From contig CM074810.1 of assembly GCA_037447605.1 (NCBI GenBank), positions 434,001-498,000 of the forward strand: 64,000 nt of DNA, given 5' to 3'. The stretch's first letter is position 1. Each line of letters opens with the position of its first letter. The DNA comes from Zygnema circumcarinatum SAG 698-1b. Its lineage: Eukaryota; Plantae; Zygnematophyceae. Positions 38,816 to 54,215 of the stretch are shown piece after piece. Under the pieces are notes generated by a model. That model did not search any database, had not been told where the DNA came from, and worked only from the letters and a program-made list of their open reading frames with translations. Position numbers and translations under genes: made by a program.

Positions 38816-41800
38816 ATGGAAGCTCCTCCAGATGACAGTCTTGGAAGAGTGTCTGCGGCGTGTCAGGAGCTCTACGCTTCTGGGGACGCAAGGAACATCA
38901 GTAATACGGTAACGGAAACTGGGACCGGAACGGAAACGGAAACGGAAACGGAAACGGATACGGGAACGGAGACGGCCATGGGAACCGTTCTAAGTGAAGA
39001 GGAAGGTGAATTGGAGGAAGAGGACGAGGAGGAGGACAGCGACGAAGAAGTTCTGGAGGCGCTTGATTGGCTTGATCGGAGGGAAGGTACGGCGGGGAAA
39101 TTAGGGTTTTGTGATTGATGGGTTTTTGAGTTGAAGGGGGTCTTTTCTGTAGAGAAGAGAGACAAGCATTTCTAAATTTACACTATTTCGAGGCTTCTTT
39201 GGTTCTTTTTCCATTTTGAATTGTTTTCGAGTTGTGACAGTTGTCGGTGTAGGGATGGAAAATGTGTTTAGTAGCACCCCCCCTCGCCCCCAATTCCCTT
39301 TTTATGGGGAGAGGTGTGTGAGGAGGAGACGAGAGAGTATGCGAGAGGGAGAAGCAGCGGTAAGGAAGCGACAGCGTGGGAGACGAGAGTAAAAGCTTGA
39401 GGCCTCCTGATGCTTCCTCTTTGGTCACTTTCTCGACTTCCCCTCTGACAACTGGTTACCGTCTCCCTCCGTCCCTCCCTCCCTCCGTCCCTCCCTCCCT
39501 CCCTCCCTCCCAGACCTCGCCTCCCGCGGCGGCCTGCCCTCCATGGGCGGCTTCGACGGCGCTCAGCGTCGCCCCAACGCCTTCGGCGGAGCGCGCAACG
39601 CGTCACGTGACGTGACAGGTGTCACGCTCCAGCCGCGTACCAATCAGCAGCAGCGTCTCGGCAGTCGCGTCCATCCGGGCCCCCTCCAGGTGCGACGTGA
39701 CGTGACGTGACGTGACGTGACGTGACGCTGTTTTTCTAGAGGGTTTAGAGTTTGGGGTGTAAGGTTTGGGGTTTGGGGTTTGGGGTTTGGGGTTTGGGCT
39801 TTAGGGTTTGGGGCTTGGGACTTGGGGTCTAGGGTTTGGGGTTTAGGGTTGAGGGTTTGGGGTTTAGAGTTTGGGGTTTAGGGTTTGGGGTTTAGGGTTT
39901 GGGGTTTGGGGTTGAGGGTTTATGGTTTATGGTTTAGGGTTTGGGGTTTAGATTTCAGGGTTTAGGGTTTGGGGTTTAGGGCTGAGTTTGGCACCCTCGA
40001 TAATTGTCAGGGTTAGTATTGCTGTGTTAGAATAAAGGCTTTTGTTAGGTTTTTGTTTATATGTTTGTGCTGAAAGTGCACCCTAAAAAAGCAGCTCGGT
40101 GAGGAGAAATCCGTTGAACCTGGCTGAAGAAACGGATGCGATAATGACATGGAACTGTTGAACTGTTCAACGCGGATATGTATGGACATCGCTCCGTGAT
40201 CCGTTTCAACGGCTGCACATGAACTGCCGCATGATGAAATTCTCTCCCCCCTCCCTCTCTCTCCCTGTCTGTCTCTGCGCCCTCTCTCTCCCCCTCTCTC
40301 TCCCCCCTCTCTCTCTCCCTGTCTGTCGCTGCACCCTCTCTCTTCGCCCCCACTCTCGCGCTGTCTCTGCAACCTCTCCCTCCCCCTCTCTCTCCACCCA
40401 CTCTTTCTCTTTCTGTCTGTCTCTAGGGTTTTAGAATGCGCTGAGAATTAGGGTTTTTCGGGGCGGGTCCTGCCAGAGGCGGCCAGGAGTGGGAGGGAGG
40501 GAGGAAGCAGACGGCGAAGACGAAGGAGAAGGCCGACCGGGCCACGGTGGAGCAAGTAGGCTCCGGCTCAACCCTAAAACCCTAAACCCTAAAATCTGGA
40601 ACCCTAAAACCCTAGACCCTAAAACCCTAGACCCTAAAACCCTAAACCCTGACAACCTTAAACTTTTAAAAAACCCCAAATACCCGAAACCTAGAATCTT
40701 CTTGTTCTCTACATACTCTCTCTCTCTCTCTCTCTCTGTGTTCCTTATACTTTTTTTCGTTTTTGAATGTTTGTGATAGGTGTTGGATCCGCGAACCCGA
40801 ATGGTGCTATTTAAATTACTTAATCGAGGGGCGTTTAGTGAAATTAACGGCTGTCTTTCAACTGGAAAGGAGGTATTGACTTTACCTTAACTTCACGTTT
40901 CATATGCCATTTCATTGCAAATGTAATAACGTATGATTTTGGATGTCTCATAATCGAAATCGTTTACCTTTTGAGGTCCCTTGGAAAGATTTTAAATGTA
41001 TTTTTTTCCACTCCCCCTCCACTCTCTTCCCCCCCCTCCTTCCCTCTCTTTCTCTCTCACACACACACACACTCTCTCTCACTCTTTCCAGGCCAATGTG
41101 TACCATGCAACTGCGGATAAAGGGGAGTACGGAGAGCTGGCCATTAAGGTCTACAAAACTTCAATTCTGGTTTTCAAGTATGTACTCATTCTGAATTCCG
41201 CAGGAGGAAATCTCTTACAGCAGTTAGTAACAATCTCAAAACCTGCTCTCCCTCTCTCCCTTCCCCCCCTCTCCTTCCTCACACCCTTGTCCCCTACATC
41301 TGTACTTTCCTTACCCATCACCCAATACCTTTCCCCCCACGTAAGCTCCACCCTCTCTCTCCTCTCCCCTTCTCTCTCTCCCTCATTTCCTTTCTTTCTC
41401 TCTCCACCTTCTCTTCCACTCTCTATCTCGCCTCCTCTTTCCTCTCTCTCTTCCTTTCTCTCTTCCTTTCTCACTTCCTCGTATTTCTCCTCTCTCTCTC
41501 TCCTCCCTCTCCCTTCCACTATGCAGAGATCGTGAGAGATATGTGCAAGGAGATTTCCGTTTCCGTCACGGTTACAGCAAACACAATCCCCGCAAAATGG
41601 TAAAAACGTGGGCGGAAAAAGAATTCCGAAATTTATCAAGGTGACCGCATTTTTCAAGGGTCCATATTTGCAAATTTTCGCAAAATTTTCCATCCCGTTA
41701 TTCGTCCCATCCACTTCCATTCTGCTTCCAACTCCTCTTTTTCTCCTCAGTTTTATCTCATTGACTACAACCACGTTTCTTAGACTTTTGAAGCACTTTG

Positions 41801-42388
41801 TANNNNNNNNNNNNNNNNNNNNNNNNNNNNNNNNNNNNNNNNNNNNNNNNNNNNNNNNNNNNNNNNNNNNNNNNNNNNNNNNNNNNNNNNNNNNNNNNNN
41901 NNGTCTAGTTCAGATGAATGTAACACTCCTTGTTTGTTAAATATATGGAAGTAAGTACATGGAGAAAATTGACTTGAAGCCCTCTTTTTGGGTTCTTTCG
42001 GGTCATTTATCGATTTTTAAACATTCCTATTTTTAAGTTTATCCCTTAGTTAAGTTTATGGCGAGTTTGTTTAATTAAATAGAATGAAATTCCTTTGGAT
42101 GTGTTCAGGACTTTTTTCGAAAGTCGGGAGTGGCAGTGATGTCATTGAGAGAGCTTTTTGATTTCATTACGGATCCGACTTTAACGGAAGATATCATCGA
42201 CGATTACCTTGAAAAGGTGAATGTGGGTTGCTTTAGAATGTGATGCAGAGGGAGAGGGAGGAAGACAAAGAGAGGTGTAGAGACAGAGACAGAGAGGGGA
42301 ATGTGGGTGTAACGGAGAAGTGGACAAGGATAGGATGTTTGGAAAGGGAGGGAGTGTGGAGAGGTGGGAGGCGAGGGAGGGAGCAGGA

Positions 42389-42435
<47 letters not shown>

Positions 42436-42722
42436 GGTTAGTCCTTGGAATAATAAGGTATGAAAGGGAGGGTTTGATGCTTTGGGTTGGGAACAGATGC
42501 AAGAAAAAATTCAAAGCCGATCTTTGGATTTGACCGCGGAGGAAGAAGTGGCCGAAGCCGTCTTTGCGAAGGTGAGGCTTTGACCGCGTCAAGAAAAAGA
42601 CTAAGATTTCAGCGTTTAAGAAAAAAATTTAGGGTTTCCATGGGACTCGACTTCAACTGAACTGGGTGTGGGTTTCGTCGTTTCTTCTAAAGGACATACT
42701 CAATTTCAGTACCAGTCATAGT

Positions 42723-42780
<58 letters not shown>

Positions 42781-42860
42781 CGCTCTTTCTCTCACTTTCT
42801 CTCTCGCTCTCTCTCTTACTCTCCCTTTCTCTGTCTCTCTCCCTTTCTCTGTCTCTCTTC

Positions 42861-42896
<36 letters not shown>

Positions 42897-43558
42897 GTCT
42901 CGTGCAGTCTTTCATTCCGAGGACTCTCGATCAAGTTAAGGATTACGAGAAGGACATGGAACGCATCGCTAGCGGCCGAAACACGGAGGGAATTTACTAC
43001 CAAACTTTAACGGGGCTCACGGAAGACCTTTCCGCAGTACGGAAAATTCCAGCGATTTTAGAGGACAGCATAGAACGGCCCGTTCTACAGAAAACTGATT
43101 CTCCATGTGCGGTCAGTTTAGGGGGGTCCGGAGAGGAGCAGAGTGATGTCAAGGTGATGCAGAAGAGCGGAGATGTGACTTTACGAGTTCGAGAAAGTGA
43201 CAAAAGTGATGTTCGAGTGAGTGATGTGAAGGACGCGTCTGTATGTCGAGGTGAGAATGATGCAGGGGAGGAACGAGGAGCGGAGGATGTTGGTGTTGGT
43301 GAGGAGGAGGATGAGGATGAGAGTGGGGAGGAGGGAGAGAGTGCGGGAGGGAGTGGTGAGAGTAGTGAAGGGGAGGGAGAGAGGGAGGAGGGAGAGAGAG
43401 GAGGGAGAGGTATAGAGGGGAAGGACTTGATAAGAGCCGCTCGGAAGGAGAATAAGAAAAAAGTGAAGGAGGAGAAGAGGGAGGCTCGGAAGACAAAGGT
43501 TCCGAAGGCGGTGAAGAAAAGGAAGCAGAAGGTTTCGCAGGCCAAAGCGAAAAAATGA
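38816..43558 (+). CDS. RIO1: RIO1 serine/threonine kinase (40S maturation); central exons missing in scaffold gap 41803-41902
   Basis: Exons read MEAPPDD..acidic [21 protein letters not shown]|..[14 protein letters not shown]|[15 protein letters not shown]|[27 protein letters not shown]|[20 protein letters not shown]|[36 protein letters not shown], then the gap. They resume at [23 protein letters not shown]|..[39 protein letters not shown]. Confidence 0.94.
39741..39982 (+). repeat. Interstitial degenerate telomere-like array (TTTAGGG/TTTGGGG) in a RIO1 intron
   Basis: Heptamer repeats are directly visible. Similar arrays occur at 28850-28930, 37836-37935, 40570-40650 and 59372-59560. Confidence 0.85.
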
Positions 43559-45565
43559 GATTTTGTGAATAGGGAGTTGCTCTTCATAAAGGAAATAATT
43601 GATTCCATCTGAATGCTGGTGTGCAAGCGTGCCCATTCTATAAAATCAATGGTGTAGGAGTTGTTGATAGTGGTGAAGAAATCATCATGTTGACGTCATA
43701 ATACGTCATGTTATGTATGTACCATGTGGTCCATATGTTATGTATCAATGTTGTCACGTCACGCAATGTGTTGTGTCAGACAGCATCCATCATGTGTCAT
43801 GTCATGTGCCACGTGACATGTGATGTGGTCCATGGGTCATGCATGAGTCATCCATCCATGGCCACCCATTCGTTCATATGAATCATGACAACAATGACCT
43901 GCACCTGGTCATGCATGGGTTATGCCATGCCATGCCATGTCACGTCATGTCCTGTCATGTCATGTCATGCCTCAACCACATGTTAATACATCAGCCTGGA
44001 GCTCAGCGCGCCATCAGTGCAAGCCATTTTTACGCAGGAAATTTCCAAAAGCGATTTCTCGGAATTGCCACAGAAACTCTGAGTCTATCGAGGGAGCGAC
44101 TTTGCTGCATTGTAGCGGCGATAGCAGAAGCTGAATAAGCTCAAAAAGGTCGATCTCTTTTTTTTTCTTTTCTCCTTTTCTAACTTCTGCAAATAGCTTT
44201 ACTTAGGTCAACAAATATTACGAAACTAATTACCAAAATGAGAGTTTTGGGTTAATATCTGTTGACACCCTTCGCCTTTGGGTCTTCTCCCTGGAGGCAT
44301 TTCAGAGTCTTGCGCTGTATGCGAAGGTATTCAATATTATTTCTTTCAGTACGATTCTATATTATTTTTTTCAGTTCGACTCGATTGCAAGCGTAGTCGT
44401 TCCGTAGCCGCGCTTTGCTTTGTGTTTGATTAGGGGTTTTAGGGTTTTTCGTTTCCGCTTGCGATTGTGACAGCGCAGCTTAAAACTATTCGCTACGATG
44501 TCGACGGCATTCACGAGGGTTTTTTTCCACATGAAGCAACATTATAGCTGCAAAGATTAATTTATAATGAAGTGCCGTCTGGTACCCTCCCTATCTTGGG
44601 GCCTGTACTCCTTTTCAAAATTTTGGCGTTGAGAGTTTGCGCACGATTCCTAGGGGTTCATTGCAGTTCCAAGTTACGAAACATTTAAGTTTTCTTTCTT
44701 TTCTCGCCCCTGGCGGCCTACTTTTACGTTAAACGTGGGTCATAATCATTCGTCACTTCAGCCTGATGAAGTTGTCAAGTGATTCACTCATCCTCGGTTT
44801 CGCCTTTCGATCTATGCCCTGTTGCCGAAAAAACGGAACATTTTGCATGTGCACGCACAGCCCACTTGACAAACCACGTCATTCCCATTGTGTTCCGTTT
44901 CAAGAAGAGCACTTCTTCTCCATTAAGCGCAGGGGACCCACAATGGCATGATGGCATTCGGAGGATCCTGAACCCTTGCCGTTTGCACTAAACCCAACAT
45001 GGAACACGCGGCCGGGCGGCAGAAATATAAACTGTAACTGAATTTTGCGCACGTGCCTCTGTTGCTCCTGTCCAGTTCGCTCGCCTTTCCCATTACCTGC
45101 CAAACCCCAACATTGCCAGAATATCCACGTTGGAACGAGATCTCTCTCTCCCTCTCCCTCTCTCTCTCTCTCTCCCCCTCTCTCTCTCTCTCCCTCTCTC
45201 TCTCGCTTTCTCTCACCCCAATGGGAAAACCCAGGTAGAGTTCAAAGAATATGTGCTGAGAAACGTGAATGCAGGTATATTTAGGGTTACTGAGGTTCTA
45301 CGGACGGGTTTCAGTTTTTGACGTTCCTTATTGCACTGAATCAAAAAGTTCTTTCAGCATAGGCCTCACTTCCTCTGTTCCCTCTATGAGCCACGACCTT
45401 CTTCCCTCTCCCCTCACTCCCCCAACAAAAGCGGCAGCCCCTAGTTCACAGTTCATGTAACTTAATGAAAACAGCTACTCCAGCATTGTCTTAACCAAAA
45501 GAGAGCCCTAATCTGCACACATAACAATGACAGAGCTTGATAATGGAAGCATCTCACCTCTCCAC

Positions 45566-48483
<2,918 letters not shown>

Positions 48484-50350
48484 GGCGGCGGGAGTAGAGA
48501 GAGAGCGAGAGAGAGAAAGAGAGCGGTAGAGCGTGAGAGGGGAACCGTCTCTCTCCTCCTCGAGCCTCGCAGCAGCGAAAGAGGGATCACAGAGGGCGCG
48601 GGAGCCCTAAATCGAAGGCTGGGTCGGTCCTGAACCCTCGCTCCAGCCTCGCACGCGTGGAACTCATCGCGAAAAAAAAACCGTCCGATCAAATACTTTA
48701 GTCCTATCCGACGGCGGAGAATGTTCAAAAGTGTGACGAGCGAACTGCTGTACTTTAAGAAGGTTTTGGAGCGTGCGGCACCGACATTTGATAAAGACTA
48801 TGCACTAGAACTCGGTGTTCGGTGTGCTGTATCAGTTTCACGGTGTGTGCATAGAACTGCAGTTAAAACGTATGTCGTCCAGTTAAACGGAACACCGTTT
48901 CTCGCACATAGAGCCGCGACACAACGCTACGCAAAACCAAAGGCATGTATCTGCGACTGTAGAAAGAAAATAGTCCATTCTGAGGGCGGTGAGTTGTGTG
49001 GCTTCGCCCAACATGTATGGAAATGGGGGAGAAAGAGGAACATAGAAAAAAATGGCCTGTTGGGATTGCTAGAAGCAACATAGTATGACGGTTTCGTGTG
49101 ATCACAATGTTGCTTTTGTTGACATTCGATTACATTTGAGCCTTGATTGAGAACAGGGAAATTTCATTGAACTCGCGATGGCGAGGCCATCAAAGGTACA
49201 TGGACAAAAGCAAAATGTGGAACCACGAGGGACTGGTCGCAAAGGACCAAAACACAATAAAACGAAGCTAGGAGCGGATTTTTCTGTTTTTTTGTGTTTC
49301 TTCTTGTGTTTTTCTTGACCTATCACAATATGAAGTGAGATATGCAACACCACATGGTGCATATTATGATGCCAAACGGACATTGTACATAGCGATTCCA
49401 TGAAATCGACTAGACAACAACAACTCGGGGAACCACGAGGAGCTGCTCGAGGACCTGGGAAACTCCAGGACCCGGGTCGTTCGGAAGCGCAGTCTACTGC
49501 TGACAAACACAGCCAATAAAGACCCGACGCGTGTAAAATCTTGTACACGTGGTGGATTTTCTGTGGTCGGTGCCTGTCAGGGCAGTTCGCAGGAGAAGGG
49601 CCCAGCGAGGCCGGGGTCCACGCGAGTCAACAGCGGGCCGGCCATAATGGCGTTGACTGGCGCCAGATTCGAAATCGAATCTTTTTGAAATCAAACTTTT
49701 TAAGACTTTTTTTTCCAAGATACGAGAATTTTACAAGATTCGTTTCTGGTCTCCAAAGAGGAAATTCGCATCACTTTCCATGAAAAACGTTTTTTTCAGA
49801 CCGAGATCGTGGCAAAGCTCTATGCGATTCGCTGGGCAGATTTGCTGCAGGTCATTCGTCGAAACGGTCAGAAAAAACTATCGAATACCATTCAGAAAAG
49901 ATAATTGTTCCAAGATTTGATCAAATCTATCGTAAGCAACTTTCAGCCGTCAGATTTAAAATCGACGGTGGAAAATTCTCACGATCAGAGATCTTCACTG
50001 TAGAAAAATATGTTGATCATCTGACTAATTTGGAAGTACGGACATACCGACAAATCCATAGAGGACTGTTACGATTCGTACAAACTCTTGTAGGGTCCGT
50101 ACATACTGTTACAACGGTTGGTACGGCCTGAACAACAAGTTTGTCGTACGCTGATAACGGTCACTCTCCGTACACTACCAGTCATTTGACTGCAGAGCTC
50201 TTAAAAAAAACGACTGGCAGCCTCTGCTTTGCTTCAATAAGCTTTCCTTAAAAAAGAAAAAAAAGGAAAAACGAGAAGTACAGTATTCAGCATATTCGTA
50301 GGGTGTAAGGTTAGGTACAGTTTCAGCATATTTTTTTTATTTTAAATTCT

Positions 50351-52210
50351 TTTGATCTGCACAAGTTTGCAGACATCTCACATGTTCTTGGAGACTTTAA
50401 GCTTTTGCAGATGTCTCTGCTTTGTATGATTTAGGGTTTTGAATGATCGAGAGTTTTGGAAAATTTAAGATTTCGAAGACTTCTCTGCTTCCTTTTTTCA
50501 TTTAGGGTTTTGGCTGAAACTGGCCCTTTTTCAGACTCCTCATTTCCAAGATTTAGCAAAAAAGAAAAAATAATGCGGAGAGGAGAAATGTTCCAAGCAA
50601 CAAAAAACCAATCTTGAGAAACTCCGTTTTCAGTTTTCAGTTTCTGGTTCTGGGTTTTTGGTCGGCTTGAGCTTGAATGTGCTTTAGTGAGTGCTCAGAT
50701 TTTTTAGATTTTTCAGATTTTTTCCAACTGTTACATGGAGAGCGGCGGCGGGTCCAAAAAAACGGAGAGGGAACTGTCTCTATGGCCGCTGGTAGCGTCG
50801 GCAGTTGTACTGAGCGTTGTGTTCCTTGGAGCCTCCGCGATCGGTAAGCTCCACCTCCCTCCATCAAACAGCTTTTAGGGTTAGGTTTTTGAGGGATTTT
50901 TTTCTTATATTTTTATCCTGAAGGGTTTGAAATGATTTGATTCGGATGAGAAACTAATAATTTTGGAACAATCTATATCTGAAACGCACATAAGTTTTTA
51001 AAAAAAAAAGAAAATTTGATCGAACAAACAGCAGTAAAGGCACAAAGAAAGGGAATAAAGCAAATTGGAAAGACTGGAGCGTCTAAAGGTATGGAGCAGT
51101 AATAATTCATAATAATAGTGCTAACGTTGGTACAAAAAGTAATAATTACTATGCCAACAATTTGGAACAGTTTTTCAAAAACAAAAATTTCTGGAATGTT
51201 TTTGGTTTTCCTTATGATTTCTCTTACTTATTATTTTTCAGTACAAACTGAACATTATCTCTGAATGCCCCTCTCTCCCTCCCTCCCCTCCCTCCCCACC
51301 CTCCCCTCCCCTCCCTCCCCTCCCTCCCCTCCCTCCCCTCCCTCCCCTCCCTCCCACTCCCCCTCTCCCTCCCATTCCCCTTCCCCCTCCTCCCCCTTCC
51401 CAGCCCCCTCCTCACTACCTTTTAACTGAGTTTTGGATTCACCGAAAATGCATGGACCAACAGAACCTCCGGAAAATCCAGCCGTCGATTTGGAGATCAA
51501 CGGAACAGCGTTGAACGGAACGGTAGCGAATGGAACGTCAATTAGCGGATTTTTTTTTGGCTTTCCGGCGAATACATTCATCGACGATTTCATTTACCAG
51601 TTCGCTTTTAGCGTCGAATTGGGCTCGCTGTTCGGCCTGTGGTACATTTTCAACATCTACTTTAACATTTACAATAAGCAGGTGAGCCTGCTCTCCAGTC
51701 ATGTTTTACTTTTCCTTTGTTATTGTTTACCCTTCTTTAGAATTTGAACAATGGCTTCAATTCAAGTCTATATCTACTTATGCCCTTGTTTTCCGAAGCT
51801 TTGAAGCTCTCATTTATCTCTCATTTTTTTTTAATTTTGATCTTCTTAAGGATTCCAGTACAGTGGTTTCTCAAAGTTTTTTAGCTTGGTTAGGGTTCTA
51901 TATGGGGTCTATGAGGGGCCTCCTAGTAGGGTCTGTGAAGGTTTAGTTGGGTTTTTTGAGGCTGGCAAGCTTCCATTCATTTGGATTTTTTGCTATTGGC
52001 AGTAGCACATCACATAGAAAATGTACCAAGATCAGTGTGCCTTTCACTGTTTAAGGGCACCCCTCTATGCACACTCTCAGCCTTCTCAGCATTAGGCAAT
52101 CACTCCTTTAAAAGTCTTCAAACTTTCAGATTTTGCTCGTTTAAACCACTTCATATTTGAGTATTTTAGGGGTTGAGTCGGGTCCAAAAGGACTTCAGAT
52201 TTTGAATGAC

Positions 52211-52262
<52 letters not shown>

Positions 52263-54139
52263 NNNNNNNNNNTTTGATCTGCACAAGTTTGCAGACATCT
52301 CACATGTTCTTGGAGACTTTAAGCTTTTGCAGATGTCTCTGCTTTGTATGATTTAGGGTTTTGAATGATCGAGAGTTTTGGAAAATTTAAGATTTCGAAG
52401 ACTTCTCTGCTTCCTTTTTTCATTTAGGGTTTTGGCTGAAACTGGCCCTTTTTCAGACTCCTCATTTCCAAGATTTAGCAAAAAAGAAAAAATAATGCGG
52501 AGAGGAGAAATGTTCCAAGCAACAAAAAACCAATCTTGAGAAACTCCGTTTTCAGTTTTCAGTTTCTGGTTCTGGGTTTTTGGTCGGCTTGAGCTTGAAT
52601 GTGCTTTAGTGAGTGCTCAGATTTTTTAGATTTTTCAGATTTTTTCCAACTGTTACATGGAGAGCGGCGGCGGGTCCAAAAAAACGGAGAGGGAACTGTC
52701 TCTATGGCCGCTGGTAGCGTCGGCAGTTGTACTGAGCGTTGTGTTCCTTGGAGCCTCCGCGATCGGTAAGCTCCACCTCCCTCCATCAAACAGCTTTTAG
52801 GGTTAGGTTTTTGAGGGATTTTTTTCTTATATTTTTATCCTGAAGGGTTTGAAATGATTTGATTCGGATGAGAAACTAATAATTTTGGAACAATCTATAT
52901 CTGAAACGCACATAAGTTTTTAAAAAAAAAAGAAAATTTGATCGAACAAACAGCAGTAAAGGCACAAAGAAAGGGAATAAAGCAAATTGGAAAGACTGGA
53001 GCGTCTAAAGGTATGGAGCAGTAATAATTCATAATAATAGTGCTAACGTTGGTACAAAAAGTAATAATTACTATGCCAACAATTTGGAACAGTTTTTCAA
53101 AAACAAAAATTTCTGGAATGTTTTTGGTTTTCCTTATGATTTCTCTTACTTATTATTTTTCAGTACAAACTGAACATTATCTCTGAATGCCCCTCTCTCC
53201 CTCCCTCCCCTCCCTCCCCACCCTCCCCTCCCCTCCCTCCCCTCCCTCCCCTCCCTCCCCTCCCTCCCCTCCCTCCCACTCCCCCTCTCCCTCCCATTCC
53301 CCTTCCCCCTCCTCCCCCTTCCCAGCCCCCTCCTCACTCCTCACTACCTTTTAACTGAGTTTTGGATTCACCGAAAATGCATGGACCAACAGAACCTCCG
53401 GAAAATCCAGCCGTCGATTTGGAGATCAACGGAACAGCGTTGAACGGAACGGTAGCGAATGGAACGTCAATTAGCGGATTTTTTTTTGGCTTTCCGGCGA
53501 ATACATTCATCGACGATTTCATTTACCAGTTCGCTTTTAGCGTCGAATTGGGCTCGCTGTTCGGCCTGTGGTACATTTTCAACATCTACTTTAACATTTA
53601 CAATAAGCAGGTGAGCCTGCTCTCCAGTCATGTTTTACTTTTCCTTTGTTATTGTTTACCCTTCTTTAGAATTTGAACAATGGCTTCAATTCAAGTCTAT
53701 ATCTACTTATGCCCTTGTTTTCCGAAGCTTTGAAGCTCTCATTTATCTCTCATTTTTTTTTAATTTTGATCTTCTTAAGGATTCCAGTACAGTGGTTTCT
53801 CAAAGTTTTTTAGCTTGGTTAGGGTTCTATATGGGGTCTATGAGGGGCCTCCTAGTAGGGTCTGTGAAGGTTTAGTTGGGTTTTTTGAGGCTGGCAAGCT
53901 TCCATTCATTTGGATTTTTTGCTATTGGCAGTAGCACATCACATAGAAAATGTACCAAGATCAGTGTGCCTTTCACTGTTTAAGGGCACCCCTCTATGCA
54001 CACTCTCAGCCTTCTCAGCATTAGGCAATCACTCCTTTAAAAGTCTTCAAACTTTCAGATTTTGCTCGTTTAAACCACTTCATATTTGAGTATTTTAGGG
54101 GTTGAGTCGGGTCCAAAAGGACTTCAGATTTTGAATGAC

Positions 54140-54190
<51 letters not shown>
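50351..54190 (+). repeat. ~1.9-kb tandem duplication (50351-52262 / 52273-~54190) separated by a 10-N gap; duplicates the first two PPT exons
   Basis: ORFs are identical at offset 1922 (50637 vs 52559). The offset becomes 1929 after a 7-nt indel near 53334. Confidence 0.92.

Positions 54191-54215
<25 letters not shown>

Noticed and set aside
41803-41902. RIO1 lacking catalytic-loop exons (possible pseudokinase)
   Set aside because: The missing part coincides with a 100-N scaffold gap.
44900-45140. Possible telomerase RNA (CTAAACCC near 44988) or small ORFs in the RIO1-RPS18 interval
   Set aside because: The template-like match is short, I could not find a USE/TATA Pol III promoter or conserved TR structure, and the ORFs have no recognisable motifs.
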